From Chara braunii (taxonomy: Eukaryota > Plantae > Charophyceae): DNA of 64,000 nt. Under the pieces are notes generated by a model. It was not told the DNA's origin. It ran no database searches and was given only the letters and a program-made list of their open reading frames with translations. The position numbers and the translations under genes are program-made. This document shows, one piece after another, positions 46,773 to 58,611 of the stretch. The first letter of the stretch is position 1; each line of letters begins with the position of its first letter. The stretch lies in assembly GCA_003427395.1 (NCBI GenBank), contig BFEA01000037.1:273862-337861 (forward strand), written 5' to 3'.

Positions 46773-49700
46773 GAAGTTAATTACTTGGGATCAGTCTTTC
46801 CCAATCAGGTGAACAGATCCCTACCAGGTTGCAAGATGAGATTCACAACCATGGGATGTGGACACCTTACAATTCGCATTAATCAAGTGAAGATTCTAGC
46901 CCTAGTGGACTCTGGGGCAGAGATTATACTTCTTTCACGAAGAACGATGGAGGCATGTAATTTGATTATTGATAGGCTTGCCCAAAATGTACTGAGCAAT
47001 ATTGCAGGAGAGTTGTTTGTGGCAGGCTTTAAAGACAATTTGTCTGTCCGAGTTGGGACAATGACTGTGGAATTACTGGCCGGATCTGGACCATGACTGT
47101 ATATTGGGAACTCCATTCTTGCATAGGATGGAGGCAGTCCAATTTTTCAGTCATGAGGGTTCATCTTGGATCGGTCTACAAGATCCTGAGACTGCTCAGG
47201 AACAGACCTTTATGGTCTGCACAAAGAGTGATTTCAAGCATCAACTGTTTGCAAATTCAATCAGAAGAGAAGAGTCTACTGAAAAGATTAGGAGGCTAAA
47301 AGCAGAAGGAAAACCAGAAGTGAAGGAAGAGATTTCGCTGGGTATCAACCAGATTTCAAAAATGATAAAAGCCCTTGGTAATCTCGAGGACGAAGATGAA
47401 CAAATTGAAGAGTTTAAAAGGGTTGTAGAGACTGCTAAGGGAGGAAAGATGGAATTAAGATTTGCGTCGACTCACCCTTTTTTAGGAAAATAGCCACTGG
47501 GTCAAAGAGAAAATACAAGCCCAAGGGAGTGAAGAAAAACCCGGTGGCAGTCGTAATAGAAAAGGATTATGATGAAGCATTGGAGAAAGAGAGGAGAATC
47601 ATAAAAACATTGAGAGAATCGGCAAAATTGGGGAATAGAGTCACCAGAGAGAGATTTGAGACAATGAAGATAGGTTCGGATCAGCTTATCCTGCCTAAAG
47701 AGAAAGAACATATCTTCAGTATGTATCAGGAATTCTAGAGTGTTTTTTTCTTTAACAATGAAGAGAGAGGACGACTGGATGTGGACATGATCAAGATGGC
47801 CAAGATTTGGAAAGTTGATCATGTTCCATGGAATGATAGGCCGACCAAGTATGCCTTGAAGGAAGAAGCAGAAGTTGTAAAATATCTTCATAAGAAGATT
47901 GCATCTAATGTTGCCGAACCTGCTGATGGACCGTATGCTAACCACTGTTTTGTTTTTGGAAACCAGGGGGCGGGCTTAGATGGATTCAAAATCTTCAGAA
48001 GCTCAATTCTGTGGCTGTACGTGATGCACGTATTCTTCTTAATGCTGATCTCCTCTCTGAATCCTTTGCTGGTCGATATATTTATTTTTTAGTTGTTCTG
48101 TATTCTGGCTATGATCAGTTTCCCATTGATCCCACTAGCCGACCAATGACTGTCATGCACACGCCAAAGGACGTTCAGATGTATGTGGTACCTCAGGGTT
48201 GGACTAACGGTGTGGCAGTGGTTCAAAGGGATATGATCAAGGTCATGCAAGATATTTCTCCTGAAATAACAAGCCCCTACATTGATGATAATCCTGTAAA
48301 AGGACCTTTGGTAAGAAATGATACTTTGGTCGCAGGGGGAATTAGAAAGTTTGTCTGGGAATATGCTGAAGGGGTAAAGATGGTCCTAGAGAGACTTCAG
48401 AGATACAATCTGACTGTCAGTGGACCAAAGTCCCTTCTCTTCCAGCCAGAAGTAATTATTTTGGGCTTCAGATATTTGTCCAAAGGTAGGAGTCCTACCC
48501 CAAGAAGATAGATAAGATCTTAAGCCGGCCTCTACCTCTCAAAAGAGTGACAGACGTCAGGAGCTTCTCGGGTGTCTGCGGATTCTGGAGGATTTTTATC
48601 CCTCATTTTGCTACCCTTGCAGAGCCTCTGAGGGAAATGGTAAGGCAAGGGGCTAACTTAGCATGGAATGATAAAAAACAGGCTGCTGCAGAAACATTAC
48701 AAGAAAAACTAAAAGATGGTGGTGTAGTGTTGGGAGTGCCAAATTATGATGATGAGGCAAGGCCGTTCATCATTGAGGCGGATGGGGGACCAGTTGCTCT
48801 GGGTGGAGTGCTCATTCAGAAAGATGAAAATGAGAGAGAGAAACCTTTAAGATTTAAGAGCAGGACTCTCAATTCAACAAAAAGGTGCTACACCCAATTC
48901 AGGAAAGAACTATTGTCAATCATCCATAGCCTCAGGTGCTTTAGGCACTACGTACTAGGAAGGAGGTTCATTCTGAGGACTGATGCATCTGCTGTGATTG
49001 GTGCCATTAAAAAGCACCAACAGGTAGATCCAACAGTCAGCAGATGGATCACCTTCATCTCGACATATGATTTTAAGCTGGAAAAAATCCCCACTGAGAA
49101 AAACAGAGCGGATGGCTTAAGCCGGATTGAATGGCAAGGAGAAGAAGAAAATGTGAATGGAACGATTGAAGAATCTGCCTATGTTGATAGTTTCCTTAAT
49201 GAAAAAGATGACGAGGATTATGAAGCACCATGCTCCTACAAGTGGAGTTTGTGGCCAGAAGAGAAAGAAAGATGGGGAGAAATCCCAAGTGCATACGTTT
49301 ATGAGTCGATTCTAGAGAAAGAAGAAGAGGATGAACCAAATGATTGGTATGCTAAAATTAATGTGGCAGCAGTGGTTGCTCATGAAATTGGGGAAAGCTC
49401 TCGCTCAAAGGAAGAAAAAGAAAGTGAAAAGAAAAATATTTTTCTTCTTTGAAGAATATGATGAAAGTTATCAAGAGATTGACAAGAAGATGGAAAAGGA
49501 ACAGTTAAAACAATATTATTGTAAAAATTCAAGGAAGAAATTCAGACTAAAAAAATGGCATCTCTTTGTGGATGGTAAGGGAGGCCTACCTCCACTAAGA
49601 GTGGTCTGCGGAAAAGAGAGGCAGTTAGAGATAATTGCAGCTCTACATGAGGGGGTTGCTGGTGGCCACAGGGCTACTGAGGCACCCTACTCCAAGACTG

Positions 49701-50670
49701 TCAAACTCTACTTCTGGCCTGGCATGAGAGACATTATTTTCAGATACTGTAAATCATGTGTGTTATGTCAGAAGAGGTCTACCACAAGAATGATTGAACC
49801 TTTATTTTCTACCATTCTGGTAGAGCCAGGCAACAAAGTTCATCTAGATCTCGTCACTATGCCACCAGGCAAAGGTGGAATGATAATTTTTCTGGATATG
49901 TCGAGGCAAAAGCTCTGAAAAGGAAGACAGCCGAGATAGCGGCTGACTGGATAGAAGAAGTTTATCTCAGGTATCCTTTTATCAGAGAATTTGTCTCAGA
50001 CAGAGGATCAGAATTCAGAAATGAGATTGTCAGAAGAACCACATTCATGCTGGGTGTCAGAATTCGGTATGTGCTTCTTACCATCCTCAAGCGAATGCAC
50101 CTGTTGAAAGAGGTCACAGAACCTTGAAAGATTCATTGGCCAAGTGGTGTGAAGGAAATCTCAGCAACTGGCCAAGAGTATTAAGAGCTGCTATGTACGC
50201 TGACAACATCACAGTCAAGAGAACTACTGGCTATGCGCCATTTACTCTGTGGTATGACCGATATGCTACATTGCCAATTGAGAGTATTGTCAGGACATGG
50301 TCAAGTCAAGAAAGCGACAGAGACTATTCCATCTCAGAGTTCCTCCAGATCAGAATGAGACAGATATCAGAAGTTGATCAGGCAGTGATGGATGCTGCAG
50401 AAAGGATGACATCCAGCAGGCTATCAGATCGAGAAAGATGGAACAAAAAAATATATATAAGAAAAGATAAACTGAAGATTGGAGATATTGTCCCTCTGTT
50501 TGACAGTTCCCTTAAGACACAAGGGCCCAGATGGCTTGGTCCTTACAGAATCACTAGAGAGGCAGAGGGCAAAGTTTATGAGATTTCGGAGATGGACGGA
50601 TCCAGGGTTCATGACATGGTATAAGGTTCCAGACTTTGTAAGTTCATATTCAGAGACCCAGATCTGATTC
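46773..50670 (+). pseudogene. pol: Pol of element B: protease, RT, RNase H, integrase (several frameshifts and stops)
   Basis: PR ALVDSGAEI; RT PQGWTNG...YIDD; RH EADGGPVALGGVL...KELLSII...RRFILRTD; IN LHEGVAGGH...CKSCVLCQ, DRGSEF, RWLGPYRI. No chromodomain. Confidence 0.93.
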
Positions 50671-52228
50671 CTACAATAACCTCAAGGAGAGGGAGGAGAG
50701 GTCAGTCATCTAAGTGAGAGAACAGTCCCAGAGAACGTAGAGAAAAACTACAGTAAGACAATGAGACAGCAAGACTGAATTTTCAAGAGGCTGTGATCGT
50801 TTGTGCATGGTTAATTTAGCATTTCAATTTCTCAAGCATGTCAGTTAATTTTCTGTTTCAGCAAGCAGCAAAGTTAATAAGACTATATCTTTGATGCAAT
50901 GCTACAATCAATCCATGAGTCTGAAGTCCCAGAGAGTGGGAAATAACTTAGAAGATACTGTTTTCGAGAGCATTGACGCAGTGTCAAAGATCTGGAGAAC
51001 TCATGGTTGTGGTATATCAATAGATGTGTTCGGTATTCTTTTTCTGATAAAGAGAAAGCATGATAAGCATAGAGAAGCTCAGTTCTATCTGACTAAGAGT
51101 TGTCAGCAGAAGAGCTTCGTGCCTCTGACTAAGTTGTCAACCCTCACTCAGAAGAGGGAAGGGACCTCTTTGAGATCAGCCCTTCAGTATTTCGTTGGGA
51201 CTAACAAGATGTCCCTTGGAAAAGAAAATTCCCAATTGGGGGAAGGGACCTCTCTGGGGCCAGCACTGAGTATCCTTCTTGAGACTGGAGGGAGGTCTCC
51301 TGTAAGGGCTTGGTGTTGGATATCATGTTACTGTTCAGTGCCTCTTTAGACTGACCGGACGTCTCTTGAGAAGTGCTTGTCCTGTTATGGGGCGCGAGCA
51401 GTCTACTTGTGGATTATGATATGCTTGCCTGATTGTCTGTGCCTGGGGTTTTCTTCTCTAACCTGAGGATGCATTGATTGTCGGGGCCAGCCAGAGCCTT
51501 AACGCAGTAGGTTGCAATCTGGTGGGGTAAGCAGGTTCCCGATGCAAGTGTCAAATTCCGTAGTCGGCCGAGGCTAAGGCTCCGGGAGCCTGGCCTATGA
51601 GGTTGAAAGGGGTCAGTTGGAACCCTACCGCAGTCAGAGGATGCAATCCAGTGAGGTTCGCCAGAACCTGGAACTGTGGTTAGACCGGGTCCCACGTTCA
51701 AAAATCTGGGTGGGGATGCCAGCGCCCTTGGCCAAAAACTGGTAGGTGAGTCGGTCCCTGACCGCAGTGGTCAAATCCGGGTTCAGGACAGTTTGACTGA
51801 CGGGACATCTACTGTCATAGGGTGACCAGACCCGCTATAGTCTGGGTGTCCTGGCGAGAGTGCCAAAGGGTTGCCATACTTGAGTAGTGGGTATGCTGGT
51901 CCTGAACTGGAGGCACGTCAAAGGGGCTGTCAAGACAAATGGTCTGGTTAGTCCTGGCCTGAGGCGGGCCGAATGAGGTATGTCAGATTGACGGGACGTC
52001 TGGCATTCCTAGCCAGTGGTGGGCCGAAACCAAGGCAATCAATAAATCCTGGGTATGAAGAGTTGTTATGTATTAATTATTAATTATTATTTATTATTTT
52101 TTTTATGGGTTTTATTTCGTTTACTTGTTGCCTAGTTGATAACTGTTGTGGGGCCTGCTTGCTAGGGCATAGTTTGGTGTGGAACTCGTTTTGCAGGTAT
52201 ACGAAGAGGCTCATTTGAAGTTCCCCAG

Positions 52229-52395
52229 ACCAGAGAAAAGGAAAAAGGGTTTGGTATCCCCTTTTCCCTATCTGAGAAATTAAGGCCTCACTTAGACCAG
52301 AGAAAGAAGACACGATTTGGTATCCCCTGAGTCACTTGAGGAGATGAGAAGATAACTCACGCAAGCCAGAACTAGAAAAAGGGTTTGGTATGGTC
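52229..52395 (+). repeat. Three purine-rich direct repeats ending (GGG)TTTGGTAT
   Basis: CCAGAGAAAAGGAAAAAGGGTTTGGTATCCC and two variants. Confidence 0.7.
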
Positions 52396-52549
52396 CATCC
52401 CTGGCATGGTAGACAGAGCGAGTGCCCTCGTTACTGGGACAGCATCTCTGGCACAGAAGCCTGATCAAGAGCTAAGGTAACCTTCATACGAAAAATCAGC
52501 AGCAGAACGAGTCAAACAAGTAAACAAAAATCCTTCTTAAAATTTGTAT

Positions 52550-52630
52550 GGTGGCCGATAAGCGGCCTGGTTCACGAGGAACCTGCATCCCCGGCCTTAA
52601 GGAAGCCAAACTCTCAAGCCCGGGACGCTA
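52550..52630 (-). other. Conserved three-hairpin structure (copy B)
   Basis: GGCCG-loop-CGGCC, GGTTC-loop-GAACC and a ~12-bp stem, shared with 24984-25064. Confidence 0.5.
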
Positions 52631-52668
52631 TGGAGAAGACAGTGAACTGAAAATTTTATGAGCCGAAA

Positions 52669-53145
52669 TCAGGCTAAAAAAGCTGAGAAGAAATCATGCT
52701 TGTATAAGACGTAAAAGACGGTCATGAGCTCAATCTGGAAAAGGCAGAGAAGAAAGAAGATATTGAAGAGAATGCAATGACTAGGGTGATGAGGAGATGA
52801 GACAGCACATGGGATGGAGGAAGGCGGAGCTGGTACTATGGCCTTGCTTATGGCAGGGGTGGAAGGAGCCCTGGGGATATAAGGAGGAGAGGAAGCACTG
52901 GGCGCGCCGTAGCGTGCTTCGAATTTTTTTCGAAAATACTGCATTTTGTCTGAAGATGGAGTTTTCTCGTACCATGATGACGGCAAGTGGCGAAGGTAAG
53001 GTCGTGAATGAGTGCCATAACCATGTGGCTCCTCCTCCTCCTCCTCAGAACTATAATCGCGCCGTGCGCGAGGCGGCGGCTCCTCCCTAGCTTTACCCCC
53101 TCTCCCTCCTCTCCCTCTACCCTGTCCACGACGTGCTTCAAGCAT
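52669..53145 (-). CDS. Antisense accessory protein with RGG box and acidic tract
   Basis: MLEARRGQGRGRGGRGGKAREEPPPRARRDYSSEEEEEE...KKFEARYGAP; differences from copy A in the RGG segment are largely synonymous. Confidence 0.7.
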   Translation of the reverse strand: MLEARRGQGRGRGGRGGKAREEPPPRARRDYSSEEEEEEPHGYGTHSRPYLRHLPSSWYEKTPSSDKMQYFRKKFEARYGAPSASSPPYIPRAPSTPAISKAIVPAPPSSIPCAVSSPHHPSHCILFNIFFLLCLFQIELMTVFYVLYKHDFFSAFLA

Positions 53146-53382
53146 TGTGCAGAGATGAGAGACAAGCAAAAGAAGACGGAAGAAGGAAGCAGTGCAGGTT
53201 GAAAAGGGCTACTGTGTACTTTAAGAAGAAGAGTGCGAGTGAAGCGGACGTGTGGAAAGTCAGGACAACGCAAAACTATTGCGCGAGCGTCGCCGCAAGT
53301 GGCGATGAGAGTGAGTGAGTCTACCACTAGTCTAGACTATTTTATACTGGCTGATCAAGCATTTCCACCAAGCGGGGACGCT

Positions 53383-53401
53383 GGGTGGGGGGTTGGTATT
53401 A
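53383..53401 (+). promoter_or_regulatory. Polypurine-tract-like sequence before the 3' LTR
   Basis: GGGTGGGGGGTTGGTATTA directly before TGTCGG; equivalent at 26253-26268. Confidence 0.65.
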
Positions 53402-53845
53402 TGTCGGAGGGCGCGGTGTCCCGGCCCTCCTCTATGTATCAAGTCCCTGCCTGGTACCGGTCTCGTGTTTTGGTGTCGTAGCCAGTAGTCATCTCTACGA
53501 TCCCTAGAACCCGGGCTGTACCGTGACGCGGACCAGGTCTGCTGGTGCCTGCCTTGGCAAAAGGTGCGCCACAGAGCTTTCCTTTGGTCCACGCAGGCTC
53601 GACGCCCTGCTGTACAGCAGAGCACAACCGGCCTGTAGCCGTGGTAGCCGCCGGGTTAGCCCTGGGACGCGGAAGTATATGGACGGGCACTGCTTTATCT
53701 ATTGCGCGCAGAGTCCCCATTTGCCAGGTATGGGTCAGGTACACATGGGACCAAGAAGAGAAAAGTAAAGAAAAAAAAAATATGGAAAAAAAAAATGTAA
53801 AAACTAACTGTCAAGCCTATGCAGTGACCTGAGCATTTGCCTTAA

Positions 53846-54611
53846 ACCACCGCTCCCCCCCGCACCCTAAAGTAAGGGGGACCGGTAGGGCGATTTTTGG
53901 AATAGGCGGCTGACCTACCGGTAGCAGGGACTGCCACGACCTGTGGAGGGGTCTGAAACGTGCCATTATGTAAAGCGCCCGTAGAAAAAGTTTTTTTTTT
54001 TTTTTTTTTTTGAGAAGCATTTAAAAAAAAATAATAATAATACAAAAAAAAAGAAAAAAAATGCTTCTCCAAAAAAGAAGCATTTCGAAGTGGCTGCCCA
54101 CTGGTTCAGCAACGTACGTTTTGCCCACGTCGACGGGATGATTCGGAGCATAGCTGCACTACTTTCGAAATTCGCAAAACGAGAGTGAATCTTCCACTAG
54201 AATATGGAAAGATACACCGCCATGAGTTTTGTCTGTTGTGCATGTCGGGAGTACTCTCGAAATTCGCAAAACGAGAGTGAATCTTCCGCTANTCGGGAGT
54301 ACTCTCGAAATTCGCAAAACGAGAGTGAATCTTCCGCTAGAATATGGAAAGATACACCGCCATGAGTTTTGTCTGTTGTGCATGTCGAGGCCCTCTCTCT
54401 TGTTTTGGACAGGAGGGATTCGTGGAGCGAAACCCGCACCGTTTCACAGTGGTACCCCATCAGTCCTACAGTCACCCAGGTAGGCCGAAATCGTGAACTT
54501 TTTTGCTCTTTTTTTTTTTTTTGCCCTTGTGAAATTGTTCGGCGACCCCCCTCCATTTCCGGCCCTAACTCACCGGGAAGTCGACTTTAGGCAATGAGGG
54601 GGAGTGGTGGT
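53846..54611. mobile_element. MITE / non-autonomous DNA transposon (766 bp), TTAA (or TA) target duplication
   Basis: TIRs ACCACCGCTCCCCC / GGGGGAGTGGTGGT (imperfect out to ~27 bp). TTAA on both sides; a single TTAA at the empty site 35720-35723. Confidence 0.9.
54160..54388 (+). repeat. Tandem repeats inside the MITE
   Basis: TCGAAATTCGCAAAACGAGAGTGAATCTTCC x3, with a longer unit present x2. Confidence 0.85.
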
Positions 54612-55685
54612 TTAATTCGGGGATGGCCAGTGGCTCAATTTACGAGTCGTAGTTGCTATTGGGTAACCCGATCTGCATGGAGTTAAAAGGACCATCTGGT
54701 CCTGATGGTTGTGATTCGGGCCGAGTGTAAGGGCGTGATGAGGACCCGTGCAGACATTTCAATTGCGCATTGGACACCTAGTAGCTGTGTTTGGGGGTAG
54801 ATACAGTGGTGTCTAAAAAGGGAAAGTGTGAAAAGGAAAGAAAAAGGGAAAAGGTTGAAGGTCGGGCTTTAGATTTGTGCGTGGGCTTGTATCGCCCTTC
54901 GGGCGAGGCTGCTGCGCGGAGAAATTTTGAAACGCCATCTTTTCCTTTTCTGNAANTANTATTATTATTATGGTTTATTGATATTATTATTNAGTTTTNT
55001 TTTCGCTCGATTGTCANATTCGGTTTACCTTTTAGNCTGTCATTTCGNNGGAAAGCCAACGNTTGGAAATCCGGACTTGAGCTATGTTGTGCGGCCTAAN
55101 TGGGCCGACCCCTCATATATCGCTTGCTCCGAGCTTGTTCGANTGAGTGCCGCGCTGCAGGACCTCAAAAGANNGGCGACCCNCGGCCGCATTGGTANGG
55201 ANCCTATCACCCCCCCCGTGGAGGGTCATAAGCCCCCTCCTTGCCATCGGACACGGGTACCCGTCGGGTATAGGCCAACGCGCGCGTTTTGAGGGAAGGA
55301 AAGTGCTTGTCACTATCCCGTTATGGGACTTCAGTTTTTGGGCAGTAGTCACATCGTGATAATTAGTGACTTAACAAAACAGTGATTTAGAACCCTATCT
55401 CGACTGTTGAGTTTTTGGTTTCTGAATTATTTAGTTTTTATTTTGCTTTATATATTTGGAATATTAAAACTACTAATGTGAGGGAAATTCGGAAAAGGCT
55501 AGAGCTGAACTCTTCTTTTAGAGCGCGGGGTCATAGTGAGGGGTGAGCCTATAAAGAGGTGAGGCAAACGAGTCTTTGGCAGCGAGTCCTCTTTTGCCAT
55601 GCTAACGCCGTTGGTCTGAGAAAATAGTGGATAGTCTGCGTGCACGAGTGTTGAGTCTTGAGCTGTGTCTAACTGGTTAGCGACT

Positions 55686-56213
55686 ATGTTACGTAGCAAT
55701 GGCCTTTTTGGTTATAGGCCAAGGCACTTGAGGTTTTACTAGAGTTGGGCACCTATGTGTGAAGAGGGTGTTGCAGTGGATGTCTGTCTGAGTTATAGCA
55801 AGAGTGAAGGACAGGCTAGACTGAGAATCAATGTCTATGGGGGAAAGGAGCAAGAGATGAGGGAAGATGCGAAAATACACGGTGTGGTCACCGAGGCTCG
55901 TAGCAGGGCGGAACGAAGATGCCGACGAGATGGGGTGACCGCGGCATTGCGAGTTACCATTACGTACCATGAGGAGGAGACCTCCACGGGTACGACAGAG
56001 AGGGAGCAACAAGAGCTGGACCGGGACTCAGAGGCGGAGTCCGAAGCTAGCGAGGACCTGACCCAGTCCTGGCACGGGCTGGAGCAGTGGAGGAGAGAGC
56101 ACCCGCCAGCTGAGTCGGTAGAGGACGGACCCGAGGCCAGTTCGGCCCAGGGCGGAGCAAGGCCGACAGAGGCTAGGCTATCGAGTGCGGAGGCGAGTAA
56201 TAGGCGGGACTGA
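55686..56213 (+). pseudogene. U3 ORF copy in the 3' LTR (same TAG as 36797)
   Basis: Translation identical to 36797-37324. Confidence 0.7.
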
Positions 56214-58611
56214 ACCTAAAAGAAGGGGGGATATACGCGGGGGACAAGGGGACCCTCGGGGGTGCGGGTGAGGAGAAGAGGCGGATGTGCGCGCGTGTAA
56301 GGGCCAGTGAGTGCTCAGAGTGCTGACGTCATTTTTGACTTCCGCGAGCGAGAGGGAAAAGGGCGAGTACTCGTGAGTGGACAAAGGGTGAATTTTTGTC
56401 GGGGAATTGAGAGGGCGGACATTTACGGATCAAGAAAGCTCATGGCAGTTGCGAGCGGGTACGGGAGAAGTCCATGTGTTGTACTCCACATCGATTGAGT
56501 CGCAATGAGTTTTCATGACGGGGAAGGCTTCTCATGTGGCTATATACTTGCTGATGTCAACCATGCTTGCGCCGCTTGCGTCTTTAGTTTCGGTGTGTGC
56601 CTCACGTTCTGGGTAGAAGGGAAGGTAACCAAGATTCGGAGGAGGCATGACGATGAAGACAACCTTCCTCTTCAACTCCTGAGAAATCGTCATTCCTGTG
56701 TGGGTTGCGTCGAACGCCGAGGGATCTAGACGAGCTCAACTCGAGTTTACCTGAGCGGGGTGGGCTTCTCACCGGTTGAGGTACAACATACGGTTGTTTG
56801 CTCACTAATCTGGGGCTTAACTTTGGCTGCTGATCATGGTGCACGAGCCCGGCCGGCTGAAAACACCTGGAGAGTCGCAAAGGCAAAGGAAGACGCTGAG
56901 ACATTTCGGCTTCGCACCTATTATGTTGGTCTTCTTCGTCCCGTCTCAGTGACTGATCAGATGAAAATGATGACTACGATCGACGTGAAGTTTGCTAAAC
57001 TTCGGCTAGCATTGCATGATCGTTCGTAGAGGAGACGGTTCTCGAACTTATCTGAGGGATTCTGCACAGGACGGGGTGCGAACTTACTGATCAAGACTCG
57101 AGTGATATGTTACCGCATCAAGCGTTTGGCTCAATCAGAAACTGCTTGGTGAGGTCGTGTATAAAGAAAATTAGTCGCTCTGCATTCACTCCCTTCTGTC
57201 TGGTTTCTGCTTCTTGGCAAGTCCTACCCCGTAAAATTGGACTCAAGTCTAGCGTGATAACTTCAAGCGTGGTGCCATTGTCGAAGGGGGCTACTCAAAC
57301 CAAATGCTCCAAACTGTTGTCACTAGTGGTTATAGTTCAGGAAGCGCTGGTAACGAGGGAAAAACAGGTTGATAGGGAAAAGGTGAAGGCACTGTTATTT
57401 AGAGTTTTAACAAACATCTAATAATCATACGACGCTCGTTTTTGTATAGTGTTCTCCAGACGGTAAAATCGCTGTTAATGGAAAAGTTGTCTGTTGCAGT
57501 TTCGCTGCCCCTTTTACACGTTGGACATTCTTTTACTCTTACTCTTGCCTCCCCGATAATGAAGAGTTAGTCGGCTTGATTTGATTAGCCCTAGCTGACG
57601 TTGAAGTACTCGCTGGCATAACGCGGGTGCCAGATCGCATCGAGTAGAAGAAAGGGGGGAGGGAGGTGGTAAATAGGTGAATCACGTAGCGAGGGGGTCA
57701 GACTCATTGCATGATGAATACAAGGTGAGACTCTGGGAGTACATGATCCACAAAAGTTGGCAAGGCTGGAGTGACCACCAAGAGACGTCATGATTTCGTT
57801 GTACTTAAACTTAATGTACCATTTGTATCTGGGAGACCTATTAACGGTTTGACGGGGCCAAATCTCCAGCTTCCCTCGCGTGGTGTGTTTGACGAAAGAA
57901 TCCTTCTCGAAGCGGCTAACCGCAATTGCTCGTTCTTTCTGCAAATGCTTGATCAGTGAAGCATAAAAGTTGGCCTCGGAAACCTGGTTTTTTGATAGAA
58001 TGTTTGGTTAAGATGCTATTTTATGGGATTAAGTCTTTCTCCTCTCGAAGGGTATCCGTGAGCTCACTCGAGATGGGGAGGGTGATTCTAGAAGGCTGGT
58101 CAGAAATTAGTAAATGGGCCAACAAAGCATCATTACTCAGTTCTATTAGTTTTAACTAGAGGTACCAATCAGAGACTATGTTTGGTATGTAGGACTACAG
58201 AAGGCATACGGGCACCGTTAAATTGTTTTCTTTTTTGGGAATTCTGACATATAGTTCAATGAGCAGAAAGCAAAAAGCCCTAAAGAAAGTTGCCTACTTG
58301 TTGGCCAAGTTTCTGCTGGATGAAGACTAAATTGCACTACCATCATTACCTTTTCTTACCCATTTGACACAAATCTGGTTCTGCGCGAGCCCCCCCAGGG
58401 GCTAAGCAAATCAAGTGCGTCACCTTCTAGCCCTGGAAACGGCCTGTCATTGGTTAGTTAACTGACTCCTCATTTGCTGTGTGTAGTGGCTTGGACTTTC
58501 ACGGAGAAGCCTGAACCACTTTGTACTGTAGGAGAGATGAGTCCGTATTCAATTCCAATAAAATAATTGAATTATAATTTAATAACATAAATTACTCTAA
58601 ATTAGTCTATC

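Larger units (their letters stand above)
53402..58546 (+). repeat. 3' LTR of element B, first part
   Basis: Direct repeat of 35280-39716 plus a MITE insertion. Confidence 0.88.

Noticed and set aside
50700-52500. env-like gene after pol
   Set aside because: No long ORF, signal peptide or transmembrane segment is conserved between A and B.
52797-53327. Alternative frames over the antisense ORF (52797 +, 52848 -, 25593 -, 25752 +)
   Set aside because: Their similarity between A and B is weaker and is explained as a shadow of the RGG frame, where changes are synonymous.
54160-54388. CRISPR-like repeat array
   Set aside because: The spacers are themselves repeated, the context is eukaryotic, there are no cas genes, and it lies inside a MITE.
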